Shown piece after piece: positions 34,066 through 45,999 of a DNA stretch of 64,000 nt. The translations under genes and the position numbers were made by a program. Within the stretch, counting starts at the first letter, position 1; every line of letters begins with the position of its first letter. Location: the NCBI GenBank assembly GCA_008632985.1, contig QPGO01000192.1:62001-126000 (forward strand), in the 5' to 3' direction. The notes beneath the pieces were generated by a model that made no database searches, was not told the origin of the DNA, and saw only the letters and a program-made list of their open reading frames with translations. This DNA comes from Psammoneis japonica (Eukaryota).

Positions 34066-35931
34066 ATGATGATCTTGTTTAGGTGCTGCACATTGGCATT
34101 CGTCATGGCATCCTTCACTTCTTCCTTAGCGCAAAAAGCGACAAAGCCTAATTTCATCCTCATCATGACAGATGATCAGGGTATGGATGATTATGGCTTT
34201 CGCCAGCCGCCGCTGGAGACACCAAACTTGGACAAACTAATGAAAGATGGGGTGCAATTCACCCGATTCTACACTGGAACCGCATGCGCTCCGACCCGGT
34301 CTCAGCTAATGACGGGAAGGAACTTTCTTCGCACGGGCACAGTCGGAGTAGGTTTCGGAGGAGATGCGCCACATCTCAACGAGTACATGCTTGGAGAGGC
34401 CCTACAGGATGCCGGCTATGTAACTGGCATGGTTGGCAAGTGGAATCTAGGCACCTCAGATGCTGAAGTACCTCATCGACGTGGTTTCAACGAAACATGG
34501 GAGGTGACAGGTGAAGAAGTTCGTGACCGCGGTAGATACGAACACTTTAACGCCCCTTTTGCTCACAACGGTGTGCCTCATGGCATTGAGCCAGGTTGGC
34601 AGGTGGAGCGCGTCACAGACAAAGCTCTCCGCTTCATCAGCCGCAACAAGGAAGAATCATTCTTTCTCTACATTCCCTATTCGCAGCCACATGAACCTTG
34701 GCTATGCCGAAAGGAACTCCAAGAGAAATATATTGAAAAAGGCATTGGAGAATCATATGCTATGATCCTTGGTATGCTGGAGCAAATGGACATCCAAGTT
34801 GGGCGAATTCTTGATGCACTGGTGCGGCATCGTCTCTCCAACAATACCATAGTCATCTTTTATGGTGATAACGGTCCCACTCCAAAAACAAGGCTCCTTG
34901 CTCAGGACTCTGATGGGAACTTCATTAAAACTGGCGAAGTATATGAAATGAACGAGACAGAATGGGAGGCACGCAATCCGACAGGTTTGCGATCCAAGAA
35001 GGCAACCTGTTGGGAGAACGCTGTTCGCAACCGGCTCTCCTTTTATTGGCCGGCAAGACTTAATGCTAAAGTTGTCCAAGACATGACCATTGTATACGAC
35101 ATTTTTCCAACGTTGCTCCACTTGGCCGGGCACTGCGAACAATACAAGAACAAAAGTGGTGTGCCACGCTTGGATGGCCAAAGTTTCCGTCGCTTGCTTT
35201 TTCAAGACAACCCCAGCTGGCCGCAAGACCGTGAGTACCTTCTTGCACAGACCGGAAAACCTCAGAAGCATCTAGCTCCCGATGGCTGGTACTACCGCTT
35301 CACTAAGGAGCATTCTTTTCAATTAGAGAAGGCGGAAAGCGCACTTGTTTCAGGTTACTGGGTGGTGGTCAACGAAAAAGGCACGTGGGGTTTGTATGAC
35401 CTTTCGAGTGATCCCGGTCAGGAGAACGACCTCAAAACGGTCCTGCCTGATAAATTTCGTCAAATGAAAAACAGAATCTATTCTGTGATGAACGATGTAA
35501 GGCAGGAACCACACGCGTGGTCAGACCCAGTCCAAGTTATTGGACTTCCAGGCATTGAACAGCCATACTTGGAGATGAGTTATGCGTATCGTTTCAAGGG
35601 TCGGAATAAAATCGATTGGTTTTATACGTTCTTCGAAGAGGTCGGGGCCAGTCAGGATATGAAAGTTCGTGTACTTGAGTCCGGTAGGTACAATGTTAGT
35701 CTTCGCGCAAATGGGCCTCCTGTAGGAACCAAGGTTATGTTTCGTGTCGGGGAACAAAGAAAGATTTCTCTTCTCCAATCTCGCGAAAAACTACATAACC
35801 TTGGTACGTTTGACTTTGAAAAGGGCAACTATTCCATTGGAATGACCATTGTTGAGTCGGGAGAGCTTACACGACTTCAAAGAATGAAGGTTTACAACCT
35901 GCTCTTGCACAAAGTGATCGAAGAGACGTAA
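34066..35931 (+). CDS. Secreted arylsulfatase-family (S1) sulfatase
   Basis: Signal peptide; PNFILIMTDDQG; formylglycine motif CAPTRSQLMTGR; GY.T..VGKWNLG; PH; GDNG; LYDLSSDPGQ. Confidence 0.95.
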   Translation: MMILFRCCTLAFVMASFTSSLAQKATKPNFILIMTDDQGMDDYGFRQPPLETPNLDKLMKDGVQFTRFYTGTACAPTRSQLMTGRNFLRTGTVGVGFGGDAPHLNEYMLGEALQDAGYVTGMVGKWNLGTSDAEVPHRRGFNETWEVTGEEVRDRGRYEHFNAPFAHNGVPHGIEPGWQVERVTDKALRFISRNKEESFFLYIPYSQPHEPWLCRKELQEKYIEKGIGESYAMILGMLEQMDIQVGRILDALVRHRLSNNTIVIFYGDNGPTPKTRLLAQDSDGNFIKTGEVYEMNETEWEARNPTGLRSKKATCWENAVRNRLSFYWPARLNAKVVQDMTIVYDIFPTLLHLAGHCEQYKNKSGVPRLDGQSFRRLLFQDNPSWPQDREYLLAQTGKPQKHLAPDGWYYRFTKEHSFQLEKAESALVSGYWVVVNEKGTWGLYDLSSDPGQENDLKTVLPDKFRQMKNRIYSVMNDVRQEPHAWSDPVQVIGLPGIEQPYLEMSYAYRFKGRNKIDWFYTFFEEVGASQDMKVRVLESGRYNVSLRANGPPVGTKVMFRVGEQRKISLLQSREKLHNLGTFDFEKGNYSIGMTIVESGELTRLQRMKVYNLLLHKVIEET

Positions 35932-35979
35932 TCATTTCGGGAGCAATGAATTTTCACATGCCATAAATCGGTGTAGCTA

Positions 35980-36330
35980 CGTGTAAACCTAGGAATTTTC
36001 GACGATTGAGTCATCAAAATCTTATGTGCTTTGTATCGATGCTTTGTATTGCACGTAGTAAGCTAGATAAATTACATATGTCCTACTTATATCTTCATGT
36101 TTCTTCTTCTCTGACAGCAACTAGAAACGAGTTGCATACCTGAGGTTGAACGGAGTCCAAGGAATACAGTATGGATAGTATTCTGGATCTCTAAGAAGTG
36201 ATGCCAGCACTTTCTCGCTCGGTCCAAACCATGTTTGTTAGAAAGGCCAAAATGACATGAAGTGCCGTATGTCTGTCCCCTTTGCCAAGTGCATTCTGAT
36301 ATTGTGAATCACTTCAGTGTTTTCATAATT
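35980..36330 (-). pseudogene. Duplicated 3' end and 3' flank of the 41627-42339 gene
   Basis: Co-linear high similarity with 41412-41762 (e.g. CGTGTAAACC.AGGAA..TTCGACGATTGA; AAGAAGTGATGCCAGCACTTTCTCG). Confidence 0.85.
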
Positions 36331-36650
36331 GGTCCACGAGCCACGAGCGAATGCGTTGAACCTTCACGTCTACTCGTATTGGAGAGCTATTCTCTCTGAC
36401 AACGACTGTGTAGTTATTGCTTCCCGCTGCCATCTATCAGAACTTTACATCATAGAGAATCGACCCAGCAAGACGCCGGAGAGCGGAGACGACACCCATC
36501 AATAATCGGCGTAAAACCAGGAAGAGCAAAAAGAGGAACGAAAGGTGCGAGGACGATGACAGCTTCTTCGCATGCAATCAAGAAGAACGAATCTCTTCAG
36601 CTTTATCCGGTAGTGCTACCCATGCTCGAAAACGCACTGTAAATCGCAAT

Positions 36651-37400
36651 ATGCAGGTTCAGTTTTCAGAGAGAGATGCAGGCGAAACCACCACGTACAA
36701 AGAAGAAATGGTGCACAAGGAAGAAGTCGCTCTCAACCTTTCAGATCGAACAAAACATGCTTTGTGTCGTGCCAATAAGGAGAAGAAGGAACGAAACTTG
36801 CAGGGAAAAGTTGATAGTAGCAACAATCCAACGCTTGTGGAGGGAGTTTCTGTACCCGAGAGAGGGGGTGAGTTCGAAACTATCGTCGTTCCGGATAATG
36901 TCGAGACTGGTCAGTCGAAACGTCACTATCCTAGACACAGACGTGCGAACCGCTACAACAAGATTTCGAATCGACAGGAAGCTGACCTCTTCGCAACATG
37001 TCATCGCTCAGTCACCGCTAGCAAGAGGAATCAAAAGCGCCTTTATTGCCGAAGTAAAAGCAAAGGCGCAAAACAGAAAGCCGTTTGGGAGCTTCGCAAA
37101 AGCAACAGCTGGCAGAAGAAACTCCTCTGCCAGCGGGTACTGTTCACGCGTCTCTCGCAAGCCAACATCATAATACTAAAGAATACGGTGATCCTGCCGC
37201 TCGAAAGAGGAACCGAAAGTACATTTTCATCAGAATGAGCTTAGACGTGAAGCGGAACAGCGAGAACAAACTGTGGGCGGGAGAAACAAACACATCAAGA
37301 AGGGCCGGAAGAGACGCCTCCAGGTGCTTTTCAAGAGCCTTTTGGAATTCATCAACAGCATGCTCGAGACGACGATGAAGAAGAAAACGAATCACTGTCA
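36651..37400 (+). pseudogene. Degenerate low-complexity K/R/E-rich coding remnant
   Basis: Overlapping + strand ORFs in shifting frames; ends at the edge of the TA-depleted block; no recognisable domain. Confidence 0.3.
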
Positions 37401-37409
37401 CTTACAATG

Positions 37410-40400
37410 AATGCACACAAAAATTGACACAGTGCAAGCAGGGCCAGAGACTCGTTGGCTTCTTCTTTGTCGTCTGGGGTGGTTGCTGCAGGCACAAAAG
37501 GTGGGTGCTGCACATTGCAGCTGCAGGGTAACCACATGACACAGAGTGGTGTGTGCTACCAAGCTGAGCACCCCAGACTGGCTTTGAGCCAAGCCCAGGG
37601 CACCAGCTGCCACCACCAGCTCCTTCTGCTCCCCAGATGCTCTCCTCTTGCAGCATGGTTTACCTGCTCAAGCTGCACCACATGTTGACTCAAAGGCTGC
37701 ACTTGGGAAGGGCCAGGGAGAAGAAAAACTTGCAGAGGCTGCCCTGCACTGCCAAGCAAGCTCTTGAGAAAAGAGATGCTGCAGCCACATGTGCAGAAGC
37801 ACAAAGCATAATTGCCGGTGCATCTCAGGTCACACACTTGGCATGCTCAATGCCTCTTGGACCCAACCTTGCCAAGAGCTTCTTCACTTTCAACCACACA
37901 ACAAGCAGGGCACGAGCTTTGTCAGCTCTTTGTTGCCAACAGTGGCTGTGCCTCAAAGATGTTGCCTTCTTTGCTGAGGGAAGCTTTCTGCTGCTCATGG
38001 ATCACACAAGCACTTTGGGGCACATCACTTGACTTGCAAACAGTGCCATGCTCTCCACCCACAACTCAAAAATGTGAAAGTGCCTTGGCTGGGTGCACAT
38101 CAAACTTTTGTGCTCCCCACTTTTTTTGACCACTGCTGTCAACATGTCACAGGCAAAGCTCAGCTCACCATGAGAAGTGGCTCCAATGGGTTGTTGTTTG
38201 GGAGCATGTGCTGTTGTTTCATGTCATGTGATGGCCAGAAAAAATGGGAGAGGCCTCTTGCTGTCACCACACAACAACAACTTCTGTGGTTGCATCTCCA
38301 ACAAGGGGTTGGCAGAGCCAAATGAGCTCTGTGGCAAACCAAGGGCAGGCAACTCACACATTTGAGTGTTGGTGACCGGCAGAGGCAATTTTGGACATGA
38401 GAGAATGGCCCATTTGACAGCATTTTTGTGCTTGTCATTCAAAGCAAGCAGCCCCACACAGCCTGTCAAACAAGCTTGGTGAGCAGGCTTGCACATTTTG
38501 CAGCCGCTGCAGCCCAGGGTGCCAACAGGAGCTCTTGCTGTCTCTTGCTTTGGCTTGGGATCATTGCGGCAGTGGTGATCCTCAACTGGCACTCTTGGTT
38601 GTGAGGGTTGTGGAGTGTGGGGTTGGCCAGTCCAGCCAGCTTGCCTGTGCTCTCCTGATGATGCAACAAAGTGCTGTCATGGCAGCAAGGAGGGCAACTT
38701 TTGTGAGTTGGGCTGGAACTCTGGAGGTCTGTGGATGCACCTCTGGGAAGCCATGCAGGAAGAGCTCAGTGCTGCCACAAGCATCAGAAAGATGGGCCTG
38801 CCTGTTGTCATGTGTCTTGTAATTCTGGGAGTGCCCACAACCCCTGGGTCCAATGTCTGAGCTGGCAGCTCAGAAAATGGCCTTGATGGCAGCCTGGCAT
38901 GTGGGTGGAACTGTTGCCAAGAGCCACTCTGTGGGGAGAAGGGAAACATGCAGAAAGGTTTTGCATGCACTGGTTTGTTGATGGTTGGGGCAATGGCCTG
39001 GACTCTGGACTTTTTTTAAGACAGAAGCAGCAGGCACAGCAACACAAAATGTCTTCTTCGTGACTGAAAGGTTGATGGACAAAGCCTGGGCACAGAGAAC
39101 TGTCCACTCCAGTCCCAGCAAGCAGCATGCTCTAAAGGTGACACTGCTTGTGTGTTCATGCTCCAACATGCCTCAAGCTGCAAGTCACAAAAAATGCCAT
39201 CAACCTCTCAACCAGCTGCGGGTTGGTCAAACAACGAATGCCACTTGAGGGTCCAAGGTTCAAAACGTCACTTTTTTTCTTTCTTCTGGTTGTCTTTTTT
39301 TTCAATTGGCAAGGATGGTGCCCATGGAGTGAAATGATGGCTTTGGCTTTTTTGCCATTTTAAAGAGTGCATTTGCACCCAGCAAAAGGTGCATTTTCTG
39401 TTTAAAAACACAGCTTGTTGCGTTTGTGCACAAATGTGTCACATGACACCCTTGTCGAAACCCCGCACTTGGGTTGTGCTAGAATTTGCCAGAACTCTTC
39501 TGTTCAGCAAAAGCCATGACATTTTGCAGAAGCAGAGCACAGCCAGCAGAAAGTTAAAATCTGCAACATCACAAGGCTCCAGGTTGTCAGGTCATTTGTG
39601 CTTGTGTTCAACCTCCCTGGTGCTTTGCACCACTGCAGTGCTTTTGCTCTCCTCTCATGCAAAAAGAGACAGGCTTGCTGGCATTTGGAACAGACTTTTC
39701 AGCACAAAAAAGGTGCCAAAATTGTTGTGCAGAAAGAGGCCACCTCTGCTGAGAAACAAGCTGTTGGGAGGGGGGGGCAATGACCATGGGCGCAGAGATG
39801 GAAAGGAGTGCACCACACCGCTGATCTGATGTCATGACATGTGCAGGGCCCAGAAAAACAAAACCAACAAAAATGAAAATGTGAGTGTGCAATTGGCCAT
39901 TGTGACAATTTTGCCATGCAGTGCTTGTGGGCAAAGGACACAGCACATTCTTGTGGCCAGAGCTCTTTTTTTTTTCCTTCAAATTGACAGCCAGCATTGC
40001 TCCCCACTGTGTGCTTTGAAGAAGGCCCAAGCCAGCCAGTGAGTTTTTTGCCAAAGTGCTCAGATGCATGCTGCCTTCATCTGCACATTTTTTTGAGTTG
40101 CTGGTGCAGCGACTGCATGCACACACACTTGCACAGAAGAAAAAAGCTTCTTTCAGGGTTGATGCTGGCTGGTCCCGGAGCTGCACAAAAAAAAAATCGA
40201 AAACATGTGCAGAATGAAAATGTGACAATGTGGACCTCATGTGCAAGGGGTGGCATTGTGGCACAATCTTCTTTTTGGCTTTGAGCCATTTGACATTGTC
40301 AAAGAACAACAGCGCCCTCTTGCCCCCTGCTGTGCCCGCACACTGCACCCCCCAATGTGGAGCTGATGGGGTGCTGCCCCGGAAGTTTGATGCTGGATCA

Positions 40401-40450
40401 CGATTCAACATTCACGACTCATTCACGATTCACACGACGGGCGATGATCA
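37410..40450. mobile_element. Unidentified hypermutated (TpA/CpG-depleted) block, presumably repeat-derived
   Basis: Same compositional signature as the Copia domains; no conserved motif recognised. Confidence 0.45.
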
Positions 40451-40635
40451 CGAAAAACGACGAGAGTGCGTGCGTATCGCGACGACCAACGACAAAGATA
40501 GATAGGTCTACAACTAACACGCCACAGCACGCATTCCCGGTTCTGACCAATCACCAGCTGACAAACCACAAACACTCTCACGATCAACCGATTGCTTTGT
40601 TTGACTTTGACATTTGGCAAACCGTCTTTGACATC

Positions 40636-41375
40636 ATGATTCGATTTTCTTTTGTCTCCTTGGCTGTGATTGCCTTACTTTCAACCGCTCATGGCGCAAT
40701 TCCAACCCAAAGCAGGACGGTGCGTTTGCTCGTTGCAAGCATCAATCAGGGTATTTCTCCGTTGACTCACACACTTTCCCTCTTTATGCAGTTTGGGGTT
40801 GTAATGAAAATTCACGGTGGCGGTTGGCGTGACAAATTATCTGATGCCACGGTAAGCCAAACTGTAGAAAGTCGTTTATGCTTTGTTGCAGCAGGGAACT
40901 CATCTTTTGCGACAGAATAAGGCAAAAGCAGAAGTTGACAAGCAGGTGGACAGTGCCAAAGAAGAAGCTGAAAAGTTAAAAAAGAAGGCAAAGGAAGAGG
41001 CTGAAAAGCAAAAGGAGAAGGTGAGAAAGGAAGCGGAAAGGTTGCAAGAGGAGGCGAAGAAGGAGGCTGAAAAGAAACAAGCTGAGGCTGAAAAGGCGCT
41101 AAAGGTAAGATTTTTGTGTTTGGCGAGTACGAGTAATAATCTTTGTGTTTCACAAAATAATGTACACTTACCGGTTTTTTCACGCTACACAGAAAGCTGC
41201 CGACAAGAAGCAGAAAGAACTTGAAGCTGCAGCGAAAAAAGAAGAAAAGGAAGCCAAAAAGCTAGCCAAAGAGGCAGAGAAACAGTCGCGTGAGGCTGTT
41301 GACTCGGTCGTGAGTAAACTGAAGAGCAGACTGGACAGTATCTCTAAAGTGTGGGGCTCTGGAAAAGAAGATTGA
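40636..41375 (+). CDS. Secreted K/E/A-rich coiled-coil (LEA-like) protein, ~171 aa; exons 40636-40719, 40792-40851, 40916-41104, 41193-41375
   Basis: Signal peptide MIRFSFVSLAVIALLSTAHG; three phase-0 GT..AG introns give a continuous frame. Confidence 0.85.
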
Positions 41376-41626
41376 GCTCCTTAATGCTACGCTGATCTAC
41401 TTGTGTCGCAACGTGTAAACCCAGGAAACTTCGACGATTGAATCATCGAAATCATACGTTCTTTGTATCGATGCTTTGTATTTCACGTGTAAGCTAGATA
41501 AGTTACATATATGCTATGCTTATCTCCTTGTTTCTTCTTGTCTGACAGCAACCTGAAATGAGTTGCATACCTGAGGTTGAACGGAGTCCAAGTAATACAA
41601 GGTGGATAGTACAGTATTATTGCTCG

Positions 41627-42339
41627 CTAAGAAGTGATGCCAGCACTTTCTCGTTCGGTCCGAACCATGTTTGTTAGAACGGCCAGAATGACATGAAGCG
41701 CCGTGTCTGTCCCTTTTGCCAAGTGCATTCTGATATTGTGAATCACTTCGGTGTTTTCATAAACCCAATGAGCCGCAAGCGGCGGGTGTGGAAGACCCAT
41801 GTTGAATGCCTTGGGCACAAAGCTCTGATATTGGGCTGCAATTGATCGAATCTCTTCCACCTTGAGGAGCGGCTGATCCTCCTGTAGGACTCCAGCCTTT
41901 CCATCATCTCCATAGAGACAGACATGACCGTGGTGCTTGTCCCACGTAATAACGACACGAGCTTTGCGATACAACGGTTCACTCACGCCCTTCGTAGCGT
42001 CCGTGTCTGGCTCCTGTCCGGGAAACGAGGCTTGCCAAAACAGAAAATATCCCAATTGGCTCGATCGGAATCCGTATGAACACGAAAGAGGGCCTTGTTG
42101 TCCTTGTACAAATCAAACCACTTGACCGTACCCTCCACCGCCTTTGTCGTGTAAATCAATTCACCAGAATCGTTGGTCACGTCATATTCGCGTTGATTGA
42201 CAATGTTCTTTTTCGATAGCGTCAGAATCGTGTAGCGTTTTGGTGGACTAGCTTTGTCAAGCGTCTCTGAAGACTCCTTGAGACCTCCGTCGGCCAAGCT
42301 CCAATCCGTATCGCCAAACTTTGATGCTGCTCCTCCCAT
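41627..42339 (-). CDS. LURP-one/Tubby-C-like protein with N-myristoylation motif; 1-nt frameshift at ~42029
   Basis: MGGAAS start; 'REYDVTNDSGELIYTT' pattern; frame switches at GGCAAGCCTCGTTTCCC. Confidence 0.65.
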
Positions 42340-42569
42340 GGTTGTTGTTGCTGTGATGATGTCTTTTGTTGTGAACGCGTTCCGTTGTCCGCTTTTGTGT
42401 TTGTTTGCCGCACATCCGCGCGCGTAGCGCGCAGGGTTCGCATCCATTGACACCACCAATCGAAAAAGATTCAAATGTTCGTATCCAGATTCGTATAATC
42501 ATCAGTGGGTTTACCTTAGCCACTTTACATCATCACATTCGTTGCCCCCGCGCTGGCGGCAGGGGTTAA

Positions 42570-45032
42570 GGTTCCGAACGGACCTTCTAACCGGCCAACT
42601 CTCAGTACTTATATACATTTGCTCACATACGACCCATTCTCGTGGCATCATACTGGAGAATGACGTCAGGGTAGAATGACCTCGCAAGCATCAAAATGAA
42701 AAGTGAACAGCACGAGACATCATCGTGGTTTTGACCATGGCGGTTCCGGACGACAATGCGGAAAATCCACACCCGTGAGTGTTGACATTTTTGATATATA
42801 TTGTCGTTTCTAATGTGCTTATTTCATATCCATTGGAATGTCCACACTCACCCACTTGTTTGCTATGATTTTACGGGGTTCTGGAAAAGTGACGATGATG
42901 CCGGCGATTACACGGCATAGCTGCAGCGTCGAGAACAAGGAGAGTCAGAGAAGCTCCTACAACGTTTAAATATGGCTCTTATGACTATTGGGACTTAATC
43001 TATTCCCTGGTTGAATGACAAGTTTGCACGGCTGAGACAGTTCGTGTGCACCGTGTCCCATCACCCTGAACGGCATCCACCATTGCGCCCCAGAGAAGCG
43101 GCGCAATTGCCATCCAACGCCGGATCAGAGACTTTTGCTTTGACCAAAGACATTGCAAAATGTCTGACAGCTCGAGAATCTTTATCTCCTGCCCCCATTG
43201 TTGTAAAAGTTCCCGTCAAGGACAAAAGAACAGAGCGACGACACAACAAGAAAGATTTTACAAAAGTGACACCCCACGCTTTGGACGGCAACAATGATAT
43301 TGTGACAATCAAACTCAGTGCTTTTCTCAATCCTTCTTCTTCTCTCATTCAGAGTGGTTCTGTATTGAAGCTGCTAGATTTTGGTCCAATTTATTTCAGC
43401 TTTAGCAATCTTACCGATCGACGTGTCGGGTTGCTGGTTTCCAAATTTGAAGTTATCGGATTGGAAGCGGTCGACAAGAAGTACATGTCTCGGTCAGAAG
43501 ACAGCTCAAGACAGGGGAGAAGGCAAGTAATGGATAGCTGTGATAGTGAGAAGTCTCAATATGGTGGTGATTCTGATGAAAAGGCGGATTTCAATCCAAT
43601 CTGTACTTGTACTAGCTTTTGGTTGGCAGTGGGTGCGCATTTGAGACGTGGGGTATCGATTCTCTTGTTATGAGAGAATTGGCTTTTGACCACCAATTGG
43701 TAGATAAAGAAGTATTCCACATGACTTTAGCTGAAAAGTGCTTTTTGCTTTATTGCTTGTATGCAATAAATGTCTTTCATGTGAATGGACCGAATAATCG
43801 AGCAAGGCTACGCCGGGCTGCATCATCTCTGCCGTCCCGAAACGATTCCCAATCTACAAAGGACACAAAGATACCGGGAACTTAGATCTAGCAGCAGGTA
43901 CAAATTATGAAGCTTTTCAACTGTCTAATTATCGAACATTCCAAATAGGCCTATATCGTCTTCTGTCCAATCGTCACTCGTCACCTACCTTGCTTCCTCG
44001 GTACCACTCGTGCACGGTCTGGCATTTTGATTCGGGACAGTCTCGTTTAAAGTGCTTTCAACCACATTGGACGCAAGGGCTCTTTGAAGTGTTTAGTAGC
44101 AGGTTTAAAATTAACAAGCTTTTCAACTGTCTAATTACCAAACATTATTCTAACTATGTCGTCCATCGCCAAACTTCTTTCGAGACGAATGATAGATTAT
44201 TGCTAGCCACCAAGCTCGTATCATGAATCATGACCGCACTTTCGATTATGATTGAATATATTTTGTATGCTGGACTTCTTATAGCCAGTCATGTTGTCAA
44301 ATAATGAGTGTCTGACGCGCAGCATAATTTTCTTTGTTGTCTGTAGTGGAACCGATTCTTCCACTCTCATGAGGAGTTGCAGGAGAGCTGTCACCCTCAT
44401 CCATTTCGTAGACACCCTCCTCCATATCATGGTTGAATCTAGAGTCATTCCCATTTGATGTACTTGTCACACTTGTCTTGGACACAGCATCTCCCGTCTT
44501 TCTATTTCGATTCGGGGCACGAGCAGTGCAGCCGACATTCTCCAACACTTTGTGAGCAAAAAGAAACAGCGTCTTGTTTCAAATAAAGTAGTTTGGCACA
44601 ATCTTTGGAATGGTGACAAACCCATCATACTGTTCTTCATAACACTTGAAACCATTTTCTCGAAATCCAAACTTACAGTGAGTATGATGAGCGTCGTGGT
44701 TGTTGAATCGGACTCGTTCAGCACGGCTGCATCACGCTTCCCACGCATTGCATTAACCACATCACAGAGGGGGGGGCAACCGTCAGCCATCACGCTTCAG
44801 AACTGTGTGTGTCATTGAGTTGTCCATCCAATACCCCTTAATATTGGGTGGAAGGTGAAGGAGCACTGTCGACACAGCGTTGCAAACGCCATTGTCATTC
44901 GTACTGATCCTGAGATTCTCACGATTTCTGAGAACCGTGGTATGTTTGTGTAGCTTTCAACGAGTTTCCCTTCACGTAGCGTCAGCACATTTTTCAACGG
45001 AGTATATCCGGGTTGCAGGTCCCATCGGAACC
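42570..45032. mobile_element. Kolobok-like DNA transposon, non-autonomous
   Basis: TTAA at 42566-69 and 45033-36; 16-bp TIRs GGTTCCGAACGGACCT / GGTTCCGATGGGACCT (14/16 match) starting with RR; convergent coding remnants inside. Confidence 0.75.
43011..43885 (+). pseudogene. Putative KolX-like accessory gene (OB-fold-like region + 'KCFLLYCLYAINVF..GPNNRARL' tail), frameshifted
   Basis: ORFs 43011..43673 and 43619..43885 inside the element; the tail resembles the R..AY..F....G...R..LP.C motif of KolX/P2X7-ballast domains (inference). Confidence 0.45.
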
Positions 45033-45772
45033 TTAATGCAATGATGTGGCTTCTGATCCGTTCGGCCCCGATGCAAGTCGTGATAATGTAGTCCTTCAGA
45101 CTGTTGATTTTGGCGCCCACGGAAAATTCTGCACAATCTTCGTCCACTGCTGGGCATCTGTCAATCGGCAGACCACCATTGTCGTGCTCCAATGGCACGA
45201 TCGTGATCGACACCATGGCTGCCATGCCGGGAAACAGGACGAGGAACAAATGAACAATCAAGAGACAAGGATGCCAAAGGCATGACATTTGCTTGTCATT
45301 GATGTTTTTCTGCTTTCTGCACCCACCTTTTTTTGGCTGACATTTGTTGTTGTTGCTGCCTTTGTTCTTGCTGCTTGTTCTTGACTGTGTCTCTTGTGTT
45401 GAGCCGCTGCTGTTGTTGTTCCCTCTGCTGGAGCTCTGTTGGCAGCGTCAAGGAGTTTCCATTTGGTCTGGGTCTGTTGTTGTGGTTGCTGCTTGTTGTG
45501 GTTCTTGCTGATTGCTGCCTCCCAGCAGCCACCTCCCACCGTGTTGTGGAGTGTCGTGCCAGGATGGGTGCCGGCACTTTGCAGGCAGCCGAGCTCTTGG
45601 AGGAGATGGCAGCAGTGCACTCGCACAGCACAGCAGAAGGCAGACAGACAGATGATGGACGAAGATGAGAGGCCACCCATGTTTTCTCTCATGGTGCTTG
45701 GTGAATCACCGGCGACACAATGGGTGCCGACAATGCTGAAAACATCATTTCTGCACGCTGGCGTGCCTTGCA

Positions 45773-45990
45773 CAATTTGGGGGAAGTCTCCAGCCAGCTG
45801 CTGGCTGAAAAAAGTCTGCTCGTCAGTGTGTTTGGGGGTTTTGCAAGTGCAATTTTTACGTGCGCAAAAGAAGACGAGTCTGTCCAGCGTTCACTGAAAC
45901 CCCCCAATGCACAGATTGACAGACTCTTTCAGTGCAATTTCCACACAAAATTCTTCAGCCAGCAGCTGGCTGGAGACTTCCCCCAAATTG
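45773..45990. mobile_element. MITE-like element with 37-bp perfect inverted repeats
   Basis: CAATTTGGGGGAAGTCTCCAGCCAGCTGCTGGCTGAA at 45773-45809 and inverted at 45954-45990; no clear TSD. Confidence 0.7.
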
Positions 45991-45999
45991 CCCATGGAA

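Noticed and set aside
39455..39485. Helitron 3' end (short hairpin + CTAG)
   Set aside because: Weak hairpin, CTAG followed by A rather than T, and no RepHel motif seen.
42020..42035. Programmed frameshifting in the LURP-like and GACC genes
   Set aside because: Both are single-base losses in short homopolymers without slippery heptamers; assembly indels or null alleles are simpler explanations.
42545..42569. piggyBac terminus (TTAA|CCCCTG on the minus strand)
   Set aside because: No partner end found; the sequence on the other side of this TTAA has a matching TIR+TTAA at 45017-45036.
44812..45288. 158-aa minus-strand ORF as an intact gene
   Set aside because: It crosses the Kolobok-like right terminus, so it is chimeric.
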